In this document: in pieces, positions 10,184 to 21,368 of the stretch
Position numbering within the stretch: position 1 is the stretch's first letter
Layout of the letters: each line of letters starts with the position of its first letter
DNA from: a virus
Direction: 5' to 3' (one strand)
DNA: 64,000 nt
Virus record (IMG/VR): IMGVR_UViG_3300032242_001941
Span: 32,001-96,000 of that record
Notes under the pieces: model-generated
What the model was told of the DNA's origin: nothing
The model's database searches: none
Seen by the model: only the letters and a program-made list of their open reading frames with translations
Translations under genes and position numbers: made by a program

Positions 10184-10198
10184 GAATTATGTTATACT
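10170..10198 (+). promoter_or_regulatory. sigma70-type promoter
   Basis: TTGACA-17bp-TATACT. Confidence 0.75.
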
Positions 10199-10229
10199 TT
10201 AAAAATCGTAACCTAAAGAGGTGTATTAA

Positions 10230-10973
10230 ATGAAAAAGTTATTAATCGTATCAGCAGTAGCCAGTATCTTGAGTGCCTGTGGCACTAGCGGAACTAATTA
10301 TAGTGCTATGTATTCGGCTCAAAATCAGGTGCAAGTAGCACAGATGTCATCGGCCATTGAGCAGGCGCCGCAGTGGATGAGCAAGTTGCCCAAGGCACCC
10401 GGATTTATCTTTGAAAACGGCACAGCTACCAGCAGTGACTTTGCCTTTGCTGACATCAAGGCCAAGACCATTGCCTACAGTAAAATTTGCACAGGTGCTG
10501 GTGGCAAGATCCGTAGCCAAGTCAAAATGTATAAAGCCGACAATGGTGATACTGGCACTGAGATGAGTGAAATGGCCTTGCGAAGTATGTGTGCAGATAT
10601 TGACATTACCGGTGTAGAAACTGTGGAAATGAAACATGTAAGCGAAGGTAACCGTATTAGAACTTATGTGCTGGTAGCATTGCCAACCACAGGTCGCATC
10701 AACAAAGATGTCAAGCAGTCCGCTAAAGAAGCCTTCAAAGAGTTGGACGAAATTACCGGTAACAAACCAGTAGGTGAAACATCTGGCAAAGCACCAACTG
10801 AAATTATCCCGGTTGCTCCACAGAAGGGTGCCGAGGTTAAGGTAACTCAACCAGATGGCACTACGTCAACTCTTAACTTGATGCCGGTGGATAATGCTGA
10901 ATACAAGGCACGTCGCGAAGAAGCATTGAAGAAACCCGGTGCAGTTATCGGACAAGTTTCAATAGCTAACTGA
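10230..10973 (+). CDS. Lipoprotein (LPP20-like)
   Basis: MKKLLIVSAVASILSA-C lipobox; P.W...G.A.S.D pattern. Confidence 0.65.
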   Translation: MKKLLIVSAVASILSACGTSGTNYSAMYSAQNQVQVAQMSSAIEQAPQWMSKLPKAPGFIFENGTATSSDFAFADIKAKTIAYSKICTGAGGKIRSQVKMYKADNGDTGTEMSEMALRSMCADIDITGVETVEMKHVSEGNRIRTYVLVALPTTGRINKDVKQSAKEAFKELDEITGNKPVGETSGKAPTEIIPVAPQKGAEVKVTQPDGTTSTLNLMPVDNAEYKARREEALKKPGAVIGQVSIAN

Positions 10974-10985
10974 TCGAGTAAATAA

Positions 10986-12365
10986 ATGGACACCATAGAC
11001 TTCACCGGTGAACAATTTGAAGAGATTAAAGTGGCCGCAGACTGGATACGAGACTTAGAAAGTAGCGATAGCCGGTTACACAAGGAATCAGTAATTGAGA
11101 AGGCCCTAATGGCGGCCAAGCTAGGGTCCTCAAATGCTCAATGTTTCTTGTTCAACTGCTATCAGGCCTACAACCCCTATTATGTGTTTGGGGTTAAAAA
11201 AGTTCCAGAGACCAAAGGATTAGAACACAAGCCCAATCCTTGGCCAAAGTTTTGGGCCATGCTAGAAGGTCTGCGTACTCGTAGTCTAACCGGTCACAAT
11301 GCCAAGACTGCTATTGAGTTTATGTCGGAGCAGTTTGATAGTGTAGAGTGGAATAATCTTGCTCGTAGAGTTATTATCAAAGACCTACGTTGTGGTATCA
11401 GCGAAAAGACTCTAAACAAGGTACTGGGCAATACTGAATGGAAGATTCCGGTGTTTACTTGCCAGTTAGCCACAGACAGTGAAAAGCACACAGCTAAGAT
11501 GACTGGTATCAAACGCCTTGAACAAAAGTTGGATGGTGTGCGTGTGCTGGCCGTAATTACCAAGACTACAGTTAATCTATATTCACGCAACGGCAAGCCA
11601 TTTGATAACTTTCCACATATTGTTGAGTCCTTGGAAGATATTAAAAATAAGTTTGCTAAACTATTTCAGTCCTGCCCAAATGGATTTGTACTAGATGGTG
11701 AGATTATTGGGGAAAGTTTCCAAGCCTTAATGAAACAGGCACAACGCAAGACCGATATTAAAACAGATGGTATGACTTATAGTGTGTTTGATTGGCTTCC
11801 GCTAGTAGACTTTGAGCGTGGATTTTGGAATGCCCAACAACATAAACGTTTTCACATCTTGGAAGAATATCGTGCGGTATTTGAATCAACTGACTGTGTT
11901 CGTGCAATGGTTGGAATTGATGTTGACTTGGCCACAGCCGAAGGACATGACGTCATGCGTCGCTATGCCGAGGACGCAGTTGAAGCAGGTTTTGAAGGCA
12001 TTATGATCAAAGACTTGGGTGCTCCATATGAGTGTAGACGTAGTACGTTCTGGATGAAGTGGAAGCCCACTATTACTGTAGACTTAAATATTGTTGGTTT
12101 TGAAGAAGGCACTGGTCGCAATGCAGGTCGGTTGGGTGCTATAATATGTGAAGGAGTTGATAATGATCGTCGTATTCGTGTTAATGTGGGCAGTGGCCTT
12201 TCCGATGCTAATCGTGATGAATATTGGAGTGCCAGAGATCAATTACTTGGCGATGTTATTGAGGTTGAAGCAGACGCAGTAACACAAAACCAAGACGGGA
12301 CTTACAGTTTAAGGTTTCCTCGTTTTGTTCGTTTTCGTGGATTTGAACCTGGAGAAAAGTTATGA
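10986..12365 (+). CDS. ATP-dependent DNA ligase
   Basis: EQKLDGVR adenylation motif, LDGEI, EGIMIK, KWKP, SLRFPRF. Confidence 0.96.
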   Translation: MDTIDFTGEQFEEIKVAADWIRDLESSDSRLHKESVIEKALMAAKLGSSNAQCFLFNCYQAYNPYYVFGVKKVPETKGLEHKPNPWPKFWAMLEGLRTRSLTGHNAKTAIEFMSEQFDSVEWNNLARRVIIKDLRCGISEKTLNKVLGNTEWKIPVFTCQLATDSEKHTAKMTGIKRLEQKLDGVRVLAVITKTTVNLYSRNGKPFDNFPHIVESLEDIKNKFAKLFQSCPNGFVLDGEIIGESFQALMKQAQRKTDIKTDGMTYSVFDWLPLVDFERGFWNAQQHKRFHILEEYRAVFESTDCVRAMVGIDVDLATAEGHDVMRRYAEDAVEAGFEGIMIKDLGAPYECRRSTFWMKWKPTITVDLNIVGFEEGTGRNAGRLGAIICEGVDNDRRIRVNVGSGLSDANRDEYWSARDQLLGDVIEVEADAVTQNQDGTYSLRFPRFVRFRGFEPGEKL

Positions 12366-12477
12366 CGGATTGGTTTATGGAACAGACTTGGTTAATCGAA
12401 GGCCTAGTTACAATGAGTGCAGCCGCAATGGTGGCCACTGTGGTTTATTTTTGGATAGAACATTTTAGAGGCGACTA

Positions 12478-12678
12478 ATGTCTAATTATACTGTTAGCGA
12501 TATTAAATTAGCTCAACCCAATACCACTACATTTTTTTGTAACGGGGATGAAATATTGCGATTCAGCAACAAGGGCTTTTGGGTTCGCGGAAAGAAGATC
12601 GACCAGGATGACCGCGAAGCGGAAATAGTGTATAATAGTTTCAAAGAATGGTTAGCTTGGCAACAACTCAACAAATAA
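12478..12678 (+). CDS. Hypothetical protein
   Basis: ORF with GAGG RBS. Confidence 0.6.
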   Translation: MSNYTVSDIKLAQPNTTTFFCNGDEILRFSNKGFWVRGKKIDQDDREAEIVYNSFKEWLAWQQLNK

Positions 12679-12690
12679 AGGAACATAGTA

Positions 12691-12897
12691 ATGCAGGTTA
12701 GAAAAACAGAAGATGGCAAAGTATATGCCTTATGCGGCTGTGGTCGTAGCCCAACGGGTGACTGCTGTGGTTGGCACTCGCTTACAGAAGAAGCATACAA
12801 GGCAAAAAAAGATGAATACGATCTAGCAAAGTATCGTGAATCGGCTGAAGAACTTTGGTTTAGTGGTGGGTCTTGTACTGGCGGTAAGCCCGAATAG
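12691..12897 (+). CDS. CDGSH-type iron-sulfur domain protein
   Basis: YALCGCGRSPTGDCCGWH resembles the CDGSH 2Fe-2S motif C-x-C-x2-S-x4-C-x-G-x-H. Confidence 0.7.
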   Translation: MQVRKTEDGKVYALCGCGRSPTGDCCGWHSLTEEAYKAKKDEYDLAKYRESAEELWFSGGSCTGGKPE

Positions 12898-12899
12898 TA

Positions 12900-13088
12900 A
12901 TGGAATATATTCTTTGGATTATTGCTATAGCATTTGGCTACTTAATGGGTCGATTCAGTGCTCCTCAAGATCTGTCTAACACCAACGAGCATTTAGAAGC
13001 AGTAAACAAAAAACTACAAGAAGATGTTGCGTATTATAAAAAATTAACACGCAAGCTCGTAGAAGAAAACAAAGAACTCAGACGTTAA
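12900..13088 (+). CDS. Small membrane-anchored coiled-coil protein
   Basis: N-terminal TM helix followed by a heptad-rich tail. Confidence 0.6.
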   Translation: MEYILWIIAIAFGYLMGRFSAPQDLSNTNEHLEAVNKKLQEDVAYYKKLTRKLVEENKELRR

Positions 13089-13194
13089 TGACTGAATTAG
13101 AAATTGACATTACTATTGTATTGGCAATCTATCTTGCTATAAACTTAGGAATACTCTGGCTGGTCCATATACTTACACGGAAATATAACGACAA

Positions 13195-13419
13195 ATGAAC
13201 CCTATTACATTACTTACTAACGGCCTTAATGACTTATGGTTTTGGACCTACAGTATCATTGCCGGTTGGGGACTAACCTTTACTATAATTGTAGTAGCAT
13301 TGGTATTGGTAGTGATTCGCACAATCAATTTACAACGTCGAGTCGACCGTCTAGAACAACGCCTTGTACATGCCGAAAGAGACTATAACTTGTCAGTCAA
13401 TGCCTGGAAATCCAAATAA
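13195..13419 (+). CDS. Small membrane protein
   Basis: Single TM helix plus short coiled coil. Confidence 0.6.
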   Translation: MNPITLLTNGLNDLWFWTYSIIAGWGLTFTIIVVALVLVVIRTINLQRRVDRLEQRLVHAERDYNLSVNAWKSK

Positions 13420-13429
13420 ATATTAAACT

Positions 13430-14899
13430 ATGCTGTTTGGATATTTAACTTTATTTACTGCACTGATATTATCATTATCGGCGGCAGTCTACTCTATACT
13501 TGGGTTAACGGCCATCTTTGCCGCGGCCTTTTGGCCTATTGTGGTGCTTGGCGGCAGTCTTGAAATTGGCAAGATTGTAACAACCTTGTGGTTACACAAG
13601 TATTGGACACGAGCTGAACTACAATATAAACTTTATCTATGTAGTGCTGTGGTTATTCTCATGGTCCTGACCAGCATGGGGGTATTTGGTTTCTTAAGTA
13701 AAGCACACTTGGACCAAGCAGTGCCGTCGGGGGATATACAAGCGCAAGTACAAATATTTGACGACAAAATCCAAACACAAAAAGACAATATTAAAACAGC
13801 CAGGGCGGCCTTGACGCAGATGGATACGGCTGTAGATCAAACCATGGGCCGTAGCCTGGATGAAAAAGGTGCCGACAAAGCAGTTGCTATTCGTCGTAGT
13901 CAAGCTCGTGAGCGCACCGCCCTGCAAAACGATATTGCAAAAGCGCAAACAGAAATTACCCGGTTACAAGAACAACGGGCTCCTATTGCCAGTCAAGCTC
14001 GCCAGGTAGAAGCCGAAGTTGGACCTATCAAATATATTGCCGCATTGATCTACGGCGATAATCCTGAAGCCAATGTGCTAGAAAAGGCAGTTCGTTGGGT
14101 TATTATTCTTATTGTTATTGTATTTGATCCCTTGGCGCTTACGCTATTGTTAGCCGCTACCAAAACCTTTGAATGGGAACGTGGTATTAATATCTTTGTT
14201 CCTAAAAACAAAGATGAAGAAGAACTTATTGTTCCTGTCAAAGAGGAATCTGAACCCGAGGATGATATTCCAATATTTGATCGTGAAGAAATTCCTTTAG
14301 AAGAAGAACTTGAGCCGGAGCAGGGACTACACCCACTTGCACATATTGAAATACCCGAAATCCATCCAGATGATCGACTGCATCTTTTGTCTAAAAGATT
14401 TTTTATGTCAGGACATCCGGGCGTAGATGAAAGAACGTTTCATGCATTGCATCAAGAAGGCGAAATAGATTGTTTACCTTGGCACAAAGCAGAGCACATC
14501 AATTCTTTGCCAATCAGTGCCGACGAACGTCAACAATTACTTGACCGTTTTGTAAACATTCCTGCACATGTTACCACGGATCAATTTGGTCTAGAAGCAG
14601 ATAATGTAGACAATAAAATAACCGGGGAAGTTCGTGGATTTGGAACACAGTTCCCGGCTAGTGCCAATAAAGGTGATATGTTTTTGCGTGTTGATCGATT
14701 GCCCAGTGCCTTGTATAAATTCAATGGCAATATCTGGATTGAAGTAGATAAAACCTTAAGCGATCAACATGCCTATGATGATGCCTATATTGATCACCTT
14801 ATTGAAAAAATTGACACCGGAGAATACGATCCAGAGTTGTTGAGTAATGCCGAGCGTGACAGTATTGAAAGACGATTACAGAATACACGACACGTATAA
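13430..14899 (+). CDS. Multi-TM coiled-coil membrane protein
   Basis: Three N-terminal TM helices (LEIGK, GVFGFLSKAH), a long coiled coil, a fourth TM (VFDPLA) and an acidic tail. Confidence 0.75.
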   Translation: MLFGYLTLFTALILSLSAAVYSILGLTAIFAAAFWPIVVLGGSLEIGKIVTTLWLHKYWTRAELQYKLYLCSAVVILMVLTSMGVFGFLSKAHLDQAVPSGDIQAQVQIFDDKIQTQKDNIKTARAALTQMDTAVDQTMGRSLDEKGADKAVAIRRSQARERTALQNDIAKAQTEITRLQEQRAPIASQARQVEAEVGPIKYIAALIYGDNPEANVLEKAVRWVIILIVIVFDPLALTLLLAATKTFEWERGINIFVPKNKDEEELIVPVKEESEPEDDIPIFDREEIPLEEELEPEQGLHPLAHIEIPEIHPDDRLHLLSKRFFMSGHPGVDERTFHALHQEGEIDCLPWHKAEHINSLPISADERQQLLDRFVNIPAHVTTDQFGLEADNVDNKITGEVRGFGTQFPASANKGDMFLRVDRLPSALYKFNGNIWIEVDKTLSDQHAYDDAYIDHLIEKIDTGEYDPELLSNAERDSIERRLQNTRHV

Positions 14900-16095
14900 T
14901 GGAACCAACTATTGAACATTGTAGTTTTTGTGATAAACACAAGGATCGTGTTGGCAAATTAATTGTAAGTCATAAAGTAGCTATTTGTAATGAATGCGTG
15001 GATCTTTGTGGCAGTTTGCTCAAAGACAAAACGGTAATTCAAAAAAAATCAGAACCACCTACCGTCTTAGATCCTAGAGACATAAGAGATTATCTGGATC
15101 TGCACGTGGTTGGACAAGACGAGGCTAAAGTTGTTCTCAGCGTGGCCATTGCCAATCATTATAAACGTATCAGTCGTAATGATACAACTATTACCAAAGC
15201 CAACATACTCATGATTGGACCCACGGGCACAGGAAAAACACTTATGGCTCGTAGTGTAGCCCAGTATCTTGACGTACCTTTTGTAATTGCTGATGCCACT
15301 TGTTTAACTGAAGCTGGCTATGTAGGCGATGATGTAGAAAGTATGATTACAAGACTATACACCGCTGCCGACGGCAATGTTGAACGTTGCCAACGTGGTA
15401 TTGTGTTCCTAGACGAAATTGACAAGATTGCTAGAAAAAGTGAAAGTGCCACAGTGTCACGTGATGTATCGGGCGAAGGTGTTCAACAGGCCTTGTTAAA
15501 ATTAGTTGAAGGCACAAGGTGTCGTATTCCTGCACAAGGAACTAAAAAAAATAACAATACAGAAACAGTAGAGATTGACACTACCAACATATTGTTTATT
15601 GTAGGTGGTGCCTTTGTGGGTATGGATCGTATCGTAAAAAATCGTGTACAAGGTACAGCTATGGGATTTGGCGCAGAAATTACATCACCTGACACTGAAG
15701 CAACTGATCCAGTGACTCCAGAAGATTTGGTCCGGTACGGAATGATTCCTGAGTTTGTGGGTAGATTTAGCAGTTATGTAAATTTACACGCTTTAAATAA
15801 AACTCAATTGATTAGTATACTGACTGAAATACAGGGAAATTTTGTGGGTCAATATCAATGGTTATTTGATCAGGATAGCGTGGCCTTAGAATTTGACTCT
15901 GAAAGTTTAGATTTAATAGCAGAACGAACACTAAAGACACGAACAGGAGCCCGCGGCCTACACAGCGAACTAGAGCGTGTGCTGTTACCACACATGTTTG
16001 ATCTTCCTAGGTATCGTAAACAAGATATAGTCCAGGTCACAATCAATAAAACCCAGGTAAATACTCCTATGACACTAATACAAGAAAATTTATGA
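14899..16095 (+). CDS. clpX: ATP-dependent Clp protease ATP-binding subunit ClpX
   Basis: CSFC/CNEC zinc finger, [31 protein letters not shown] loop, TGARGL. Confidence 0.96.
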   Translation: MEPTIEHCSFCDKHKDRVGKLIVSHKVAICNECVDLCGSLLKDKTVIQKKSEPPTVLDPRDIRDYLDLHVVGQDEAKVVLSVAIANHYKRISRNDTTITKANILMIGPTGTGKTLMARSVAQYLDVPFVIADATCLTEAGYVGDDVESMITRLYTAADGNVERCQRGIVFLDEIDKIARKSESATVSRDVSGEGVQQALLKLVEGTRCRIPAQGTKKNNNTETVEIDTTNILFIVGGAFVGMDRIVKNRVQGTAMGFGAEITSPDTEATDPVTPEDLVRYGMIPEFVGRFSSYVNLHALNKTQLISILTEIQGNFVGQYQWLFDQDSVALEFDSESLDLIAERTLKTRTGARGLHSELERVLLPHMFDLPRYRKQDIVQVTINKTQVNTPMTLIQENL

Positions 16096-16313
16096 GAGAG
16101 TACAAAAGATCAGTTTACATTACCGATGGCAATGTAGAAAAGGCTCTGCGTAAATTTAAGAAAAAAATACAGGAATCTGGCTTATTGGAAGAACTCCGTG
16201 AGCGGGAAACCTACGAAAAACCAACTACCGAACGTAAGCGTAAGAAAGGTGCAGCCCGAGCACGTCTACGCAAACAAATCCGCAGTCAACAACTTCCAAA
16301 AAAACTCTACTAG
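16092..16313 (+). CDS. rpsU: 30S ribosomal protein bS21
   Basis: [11 protein letters not shown]...[18 protein letters not shown]. Confidence 0.93.
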   Translation: MREYKRSVYITDGNVEKALRKFKKKIQESGLLEELRERETYEKPTTERKRKKGAARARLRKQIRSQQLPKKLY

Positions 16314-16314
16314 T

Positions 16315-16557
16315 GTGTTTATAGAATTTAAAGTAACAACAGAAAATCCGTTGTTTCTTACTTCACACATCCTACATATGGCCGAAGCAGAAATTAAGAA
16401 TTGGGCCCAGGTAAACGAGATACCTTACACTTACAAATATTATAAAAATACTTTCAGGGTAGCATTTAACGAAGAAAAACATTATACTGTTTTTCGTTTA
16501 ACCTGGGCAATAGATTTGCCCCATATTGAATATAAACTTATTGACAGGAAGTGGTAA
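16315..16557 (+). CDS. Hypothetical protein with F..E...F.L.W C-terminal motif
   Basis: GTG start right after the rpsU stop; motif shared with ORFs at 31102 and 53900. Confidence 0.55.
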   Translation: MFIEFKVTTENPLFLTSHILHMAEAEIKNWAQVNEIPYTYKYYKNTFRVAFNEEKHYTVFRLTWAIDLPHIEYKLIDRKW

Positions 16558-16635
16558 ATCTGTTATAAATAAACATGTAGATGCCCAGCTGGGGTCTATA
16601 TTAAAACTTGCTTATTTTTAAGGAGAATTTATATG
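16541..16635 (+). promoter_or_regulatory. Promoter plus ROSE-like structured leader (copy 1)
   Basis: TTGACA-17bp-TATAAA(TA); hairpin GTAGATGCC..GGGTCTAT; CTTGCTT anti-SD; AAGGAG; ATG at 16633. Confidence 0.6.
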
Positions 16636-16703
16636 TCAAAGCACACCTTTCTGACCTAGCGTCAACTCCCCTTACAATTTAAACATTCAACCACTCTTAG
16701 TTG

Positions 16704-16732
16704 TTGACACAATCACCTATGTGTGTTATAAT
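16704..16732 (+). promoter_or_regulatory. sigma70 promoter for groES-groEL
   Basis: TTGACA-17bp-TATAAT. Confidence 0.8.
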
Positions 16733-16774
16733 CTATTGTTGTGGTATTATCATTTACATTTAAAAGGAGTATTA

Positions 16775-17062
16775 ATGAATCTAAAACCTACTAGAGATCG
16801 TATTGTTATACGTTTACTCGAAGCAGAAACTCAAACTAAATCTGGAATCTTTATCCCAGATGCCGCAGTTGAAAAACCAAACCAGGGCGAAGTATTGGCC
16901 ACAGGTGGCGGCCGCATCACAGAAGACGGCACCGTGATCCCAATGGAAGTTAAAACTGGTGATCGTGTACTGTTTGGCAAACACGCTGGCACACCGATCA
17001 AAGTTGACGGCGAAGAATATCACATCCTCAAAGAAGATGATGTAATGGCAATTGTAGAATAA
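16775..17062 (+). CDS. groES: Co-chaperonin GroES
   Basis: MNLKPTRDRIV, TKSGIFIPD, VKTGDRVLF, KEDDVMAIVE; AAGGAG RBS. Confidence 0.97.
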   Translation: MNLKPTRDRIVIRLLEAETQTKSGIFIPDAAVEKPNQGEVLATGGGRITEDGTVIPMEVKTGDRVLFGKHAGTPIKVDGEEYHILKEDDVMAIVE

Positions 17063-18703
<1,641 letters not shown>

Positions 18704-18711
18704 TTTAGCGT

Positions 18712-18787
18712 TATAAATAATAGTGTGGATGCCGATGGTCGGGTCCACACTATATGTCACTTGCTTAATTTAAAGGAGAAAACAATG
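18712..18787 (+). promoter_or_regulatory. TATAAATA late-type promoter plus ROSE-like structured leader (copy 2)
   Basis: Stem ATAGTGTGGA/TCCACACTAT enclosing TGCC...GGG; CTTGCTT...AAGGAG. Confidence 0.65.
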
Positions 18788-19231
18788 ACAAGACTCACAA
18801 CTCTGGACCTTAGTCCATTCTATCGTAACTCAATCGGTGTAGACAAATTATTTGATCGTATGATGCATCAAATTGATACAGCGGCCGCATCAACTACAAA
18901 CTATCCACCTTACAACATTGTAAAAACTGGCGAGAACACCTACGAAATTCAAGTAGCCGTTGCTGGATTTACCGAAGGTGAAGTTACTGTAAACGTCAAT
19001 GAAGGTCAATTAATCATCTCAGGTGAAAAGCTGTCTACAGATTTGCCCGAAGGACACATATATGAACACCAAGGCATCAGTGCTCGTCGTTTTATACGCA
19101 CATTTACCTTGGCCGACTATGTAGAAGTAACCGATGCTCAAAGTCAGGATGGTATTCTGACTGTTAGCTTAGAGCGTCAAGTTCCTGAGGCACTTCTGCC
19201 GAAGACTATTGCGATCACTTACACAAAATAG
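18785..19231 (+). CDS. Small heat-shock protein (Hsp20/IbpA-like)
   Basis: NYPPYNI, AVAGF, HQGISARRF.R.F.LADY, DGIL. Confidence 0.95.
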   Translation: MTRLTTLDLSPFYRNSIGVDKLFDRMMHQIDTAAASTTNYPPYNIVKTGENTYEIQVAVAGFTEGEVTVNVNEGQLIISGEKLSTDLPEGHIYEHQGISARRFIRTFTLADYVEVTDAQSQDGILTVSLERQVPEALLPKTIAITYTK

Positions 19232-19290
19232 TATAATATAGTAAATACAGTGGAGGGCACAGTGCTCTCCACTACAATAAAGGATTGGAT

Positions 19291-19599
19291 ATGTCACAAG
19301 CAGGAACTGTAACAAAAACACAAATTAATCAAGGTCTTGCCGAACCTCCTATGTTTAAAATTATCTATCTTAATGATAATGCCACACCAATGGAATTTGT
19401 AATTGATACGTTAATGGATTCATTTAATTATAGTTCAGAAACAGCTGAAAAAATTACCATGGACATTCACGAAGCCGGAAGTGCTGTGGTTGCTGTATTG
19501 CCTTATGAAATTGCCGAACAAAAAGGTATTGAAGTTACAGTGCAAGCCCGAAACAACAACTATCCTTTACAAGTCAAGCTAGAACCCGAAACAATTTAA
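19291..19599 (+). CDS. clpS: Clp protease adaptor ClpS
   Basis: PPMFKIIYLNDNATPMEFV, IH..G.AVV, YEIAEQK, YPL. Confidence 0.93.
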   Translation: MSQAGTVTKTQINQGLAEPPMFKIIYLNDNATPMEFVIDTLMDSFNYSSETAEKITMDIHEAGSAVVAVLPYEIAEQKGIEVTVQARNNNYPLQVKLEPETI

Positions 19600-20387
19600 A
19601 AGTCAATTTCAATTCGACGAGGATAAAACACTCGCTGACACCAGTCGGTGTTGCCACGTCCCCTAGGATTGGAAATATATCTTATTCCTCCTAGGTTTTG
19701 ATCTACAGGCCTGTGATAGTGTCCAAAGCACCAGGTATGAATTTTTTGTTCAGTATCCTCGTCAATGGTGCGAGAAATATGACTGTTCCCCATGCCGTTA
19801 AATCTCCAGGTGTTGGCCAGATCAGGATCGTGTGCAATAACCCATGGTGCAGGAACGGTGTGACTAACCACAACAATGGCACCCACTTCCATATGGGTTT
19901 GTAATTTACGAACACTGTTCATCATATAAGATGCATCGTTGTAGGCCACGCCCATGATGTTTGTGGCGGTTGAATTATCAATACCAAAATGATCTTGTGT
20001 ATGTTGTATGCTAGCATCTACGCTTATGCTAGAATCAAAATCGTAGGTCCACCAAGCGTTGGTACCTAACAGAGCTACTCCGTTGACTATGATCACATTA
20101 TCCTGCATATAAACCACATTTTTTATAGATTTGATATCTTTAGCAAGGGCTCGATAACTAGCACCCAAATCGTCAAGATAATCTTTATGTTCTTCGTTAC
20201 CGTCGATATAAAAAACACCTCCAGGATAACATTGACCAAGGTGAGCCAGGGTGTCTAATAAACGTTGCCGGTCACGGGCTACATCACCGGCTACTACACA
20301 GTAAGGAGCCGTGGCTTGACTAGACCAATCAAAGTCGTTCCAAGTTTCAACGTGGAGGTCAGAAATTAAATCAAAAGCAAAAGTCAT
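19596..20387 (-). CDS. Calcineurin-like metallophosphoesterase
   Basis: SDLH, AGD, GNEEH, SHTVP, FGHYH and SNPRG motifs. Confidence 0.88.
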   Translation of the reverse strand: MTFAFDLISDLHVETWNDFDWSSQATAPYCVVAGDVARDRQRLLDTLAHLGQCYPGGVFYIDGNEEHKDYLDDLGASYRALAKDIKSIKNVVYMQDNVIIVNGVALLGTNAWWTYDFDSSISVDASIQHTQDHFGIDNSTATNIMGVAYNDASYMMNSVRKLQTHMEVGAIVVVSHTVPAPWVIAHDPDLANTWRFNGMGNSHISRTIDEDTEQKIHTWCFGHYHRPVDQNLGGIRYISNPRGRGNTDWCQRVFYPRRIEIDF

Positions 20388-20411
20388 GATAACTATTTAC
20401 AAGGATCGCAT

Positions 20412-20762
20412 ATGAACATAATATTTAAAACCAATGCAACAAATATAGATGAAAAATATACAGTTTTAGACTTAGATACCTTTAGTTTACCTGACGGATC
20501 TTTACATACTGCCTGTTGTGTAGTTGAAAACATACCCGTTGCTGAATTTCCAATAATCACCCGGTTAAAAGAATTACACGTTAATCTTATAAGTAATTAT
20601 GGTAAACGCAATTGGAACTATTGCGAACAGGCCATTGAGCAACTTATGGGCAAATGGGGAGGCGAAGTAGACTCATTTTATCAAGAGTTAAACGCCCGTA
20701 TACAAAAACTTAAAACCCAAAATTTAGACGATTCCTGGAGCCCTGTTATACCAAAAGCCTAA
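20412..20762 (+). CDS. Free-standing homologue of the C-terminal domain of the CHASE2 cyclase at 25640
   Basis: Aligns by eye: LMGKWGGEVDSFY...RIQKLKTQNLDDSW vs MKGTFGGQMDKYY...RCEFMKEQNLPDNW. Confidence 0.7.
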   Translation: MNIIFKTNATNIDEKYTVLDLDTFSLPDGSLHTACCVVENIPVAEFPIITRLKELHVNLISNYGKRNWNYCEQAIEQLMGKWGGEVDSFYQELNARIQKLKTQNLDDSWSPVIPKA

Positions 20763-20820
20763 ACAACAATCTTAAGATAAATACCCACATAATAATAAGA
20801 CTCTAAAAAAGGAGCTGGGT

Positions 20821-21102
20821 ATGAATGAAGTTTTTAAGATCATTGGAGATCTAGGATTTCCAGTAGCAGCCGCACTTGCAGGCGGTTATTTTGTATATCT
20901 CACAATCAAACTGTTATTAGCTGGCGTACTGTCAGCTGTTAAACAGATGGCTGGAATTATCACAGCCTTAGACAATCGTGTTAAAACTATGAATCACGAC
21001 GTTATCCGCATTGATACCGTTGTGAGTAATGCTTTGGGCTTACGCCCAGACGTAGAGCGCATAAGCCGCGCAGACGGTAAAAACGATGCAAGGAGAGACT
21101 GA
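20821..21102 (+). CDS. Small single-TM protein (paralogue A)
   Basis: IIGDLGFPV TM segment plus LDNRVKTMNHDVIRID. Confidence 0.75.
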   Translation: MNEVFKIIGDLGFPVAAALAGGYFVYLTIKLLLAGVLSAVKQMAGIITALDNRVKTMNHDVIRIDTVVSNALGLRPDVERISRADGKNDARRD

Positions 21103-21368
21103 TGTGGACTCGTGAAGAACGTCGTTGGGCAATAATGAATCGCAAAGAGTATATTGAACGTAATATGGCTATTTGTGATGAAGAAATTAAAACAAGAAAA
21201 CTTCAAAAGTTTCTAGGAGCTAAAACAATGGATTTTGATATTGAATATTTGGTCATACGCTTGCATGACATAGCCAGAGAAGTAGAACAACGTATTGGAT
21301 TTGGTGAATTAAGCAAAGACATTCGCAAGTGCGCTGATCGTTTAAGTAATATCAATAAGCCCGTATAA
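21102..21368 (+). CDS. Hypothetical protein
   Basis: TGATG translational coupling. Confidence 0.55.
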   Translation: MWTREERRWAIMNRKEYIERNMAICDEEIKTRKLQKFLGAKTMDFDIEYLVIRLHDIAREVEQRIGFGELSKDIRKCADRLSNINKPV

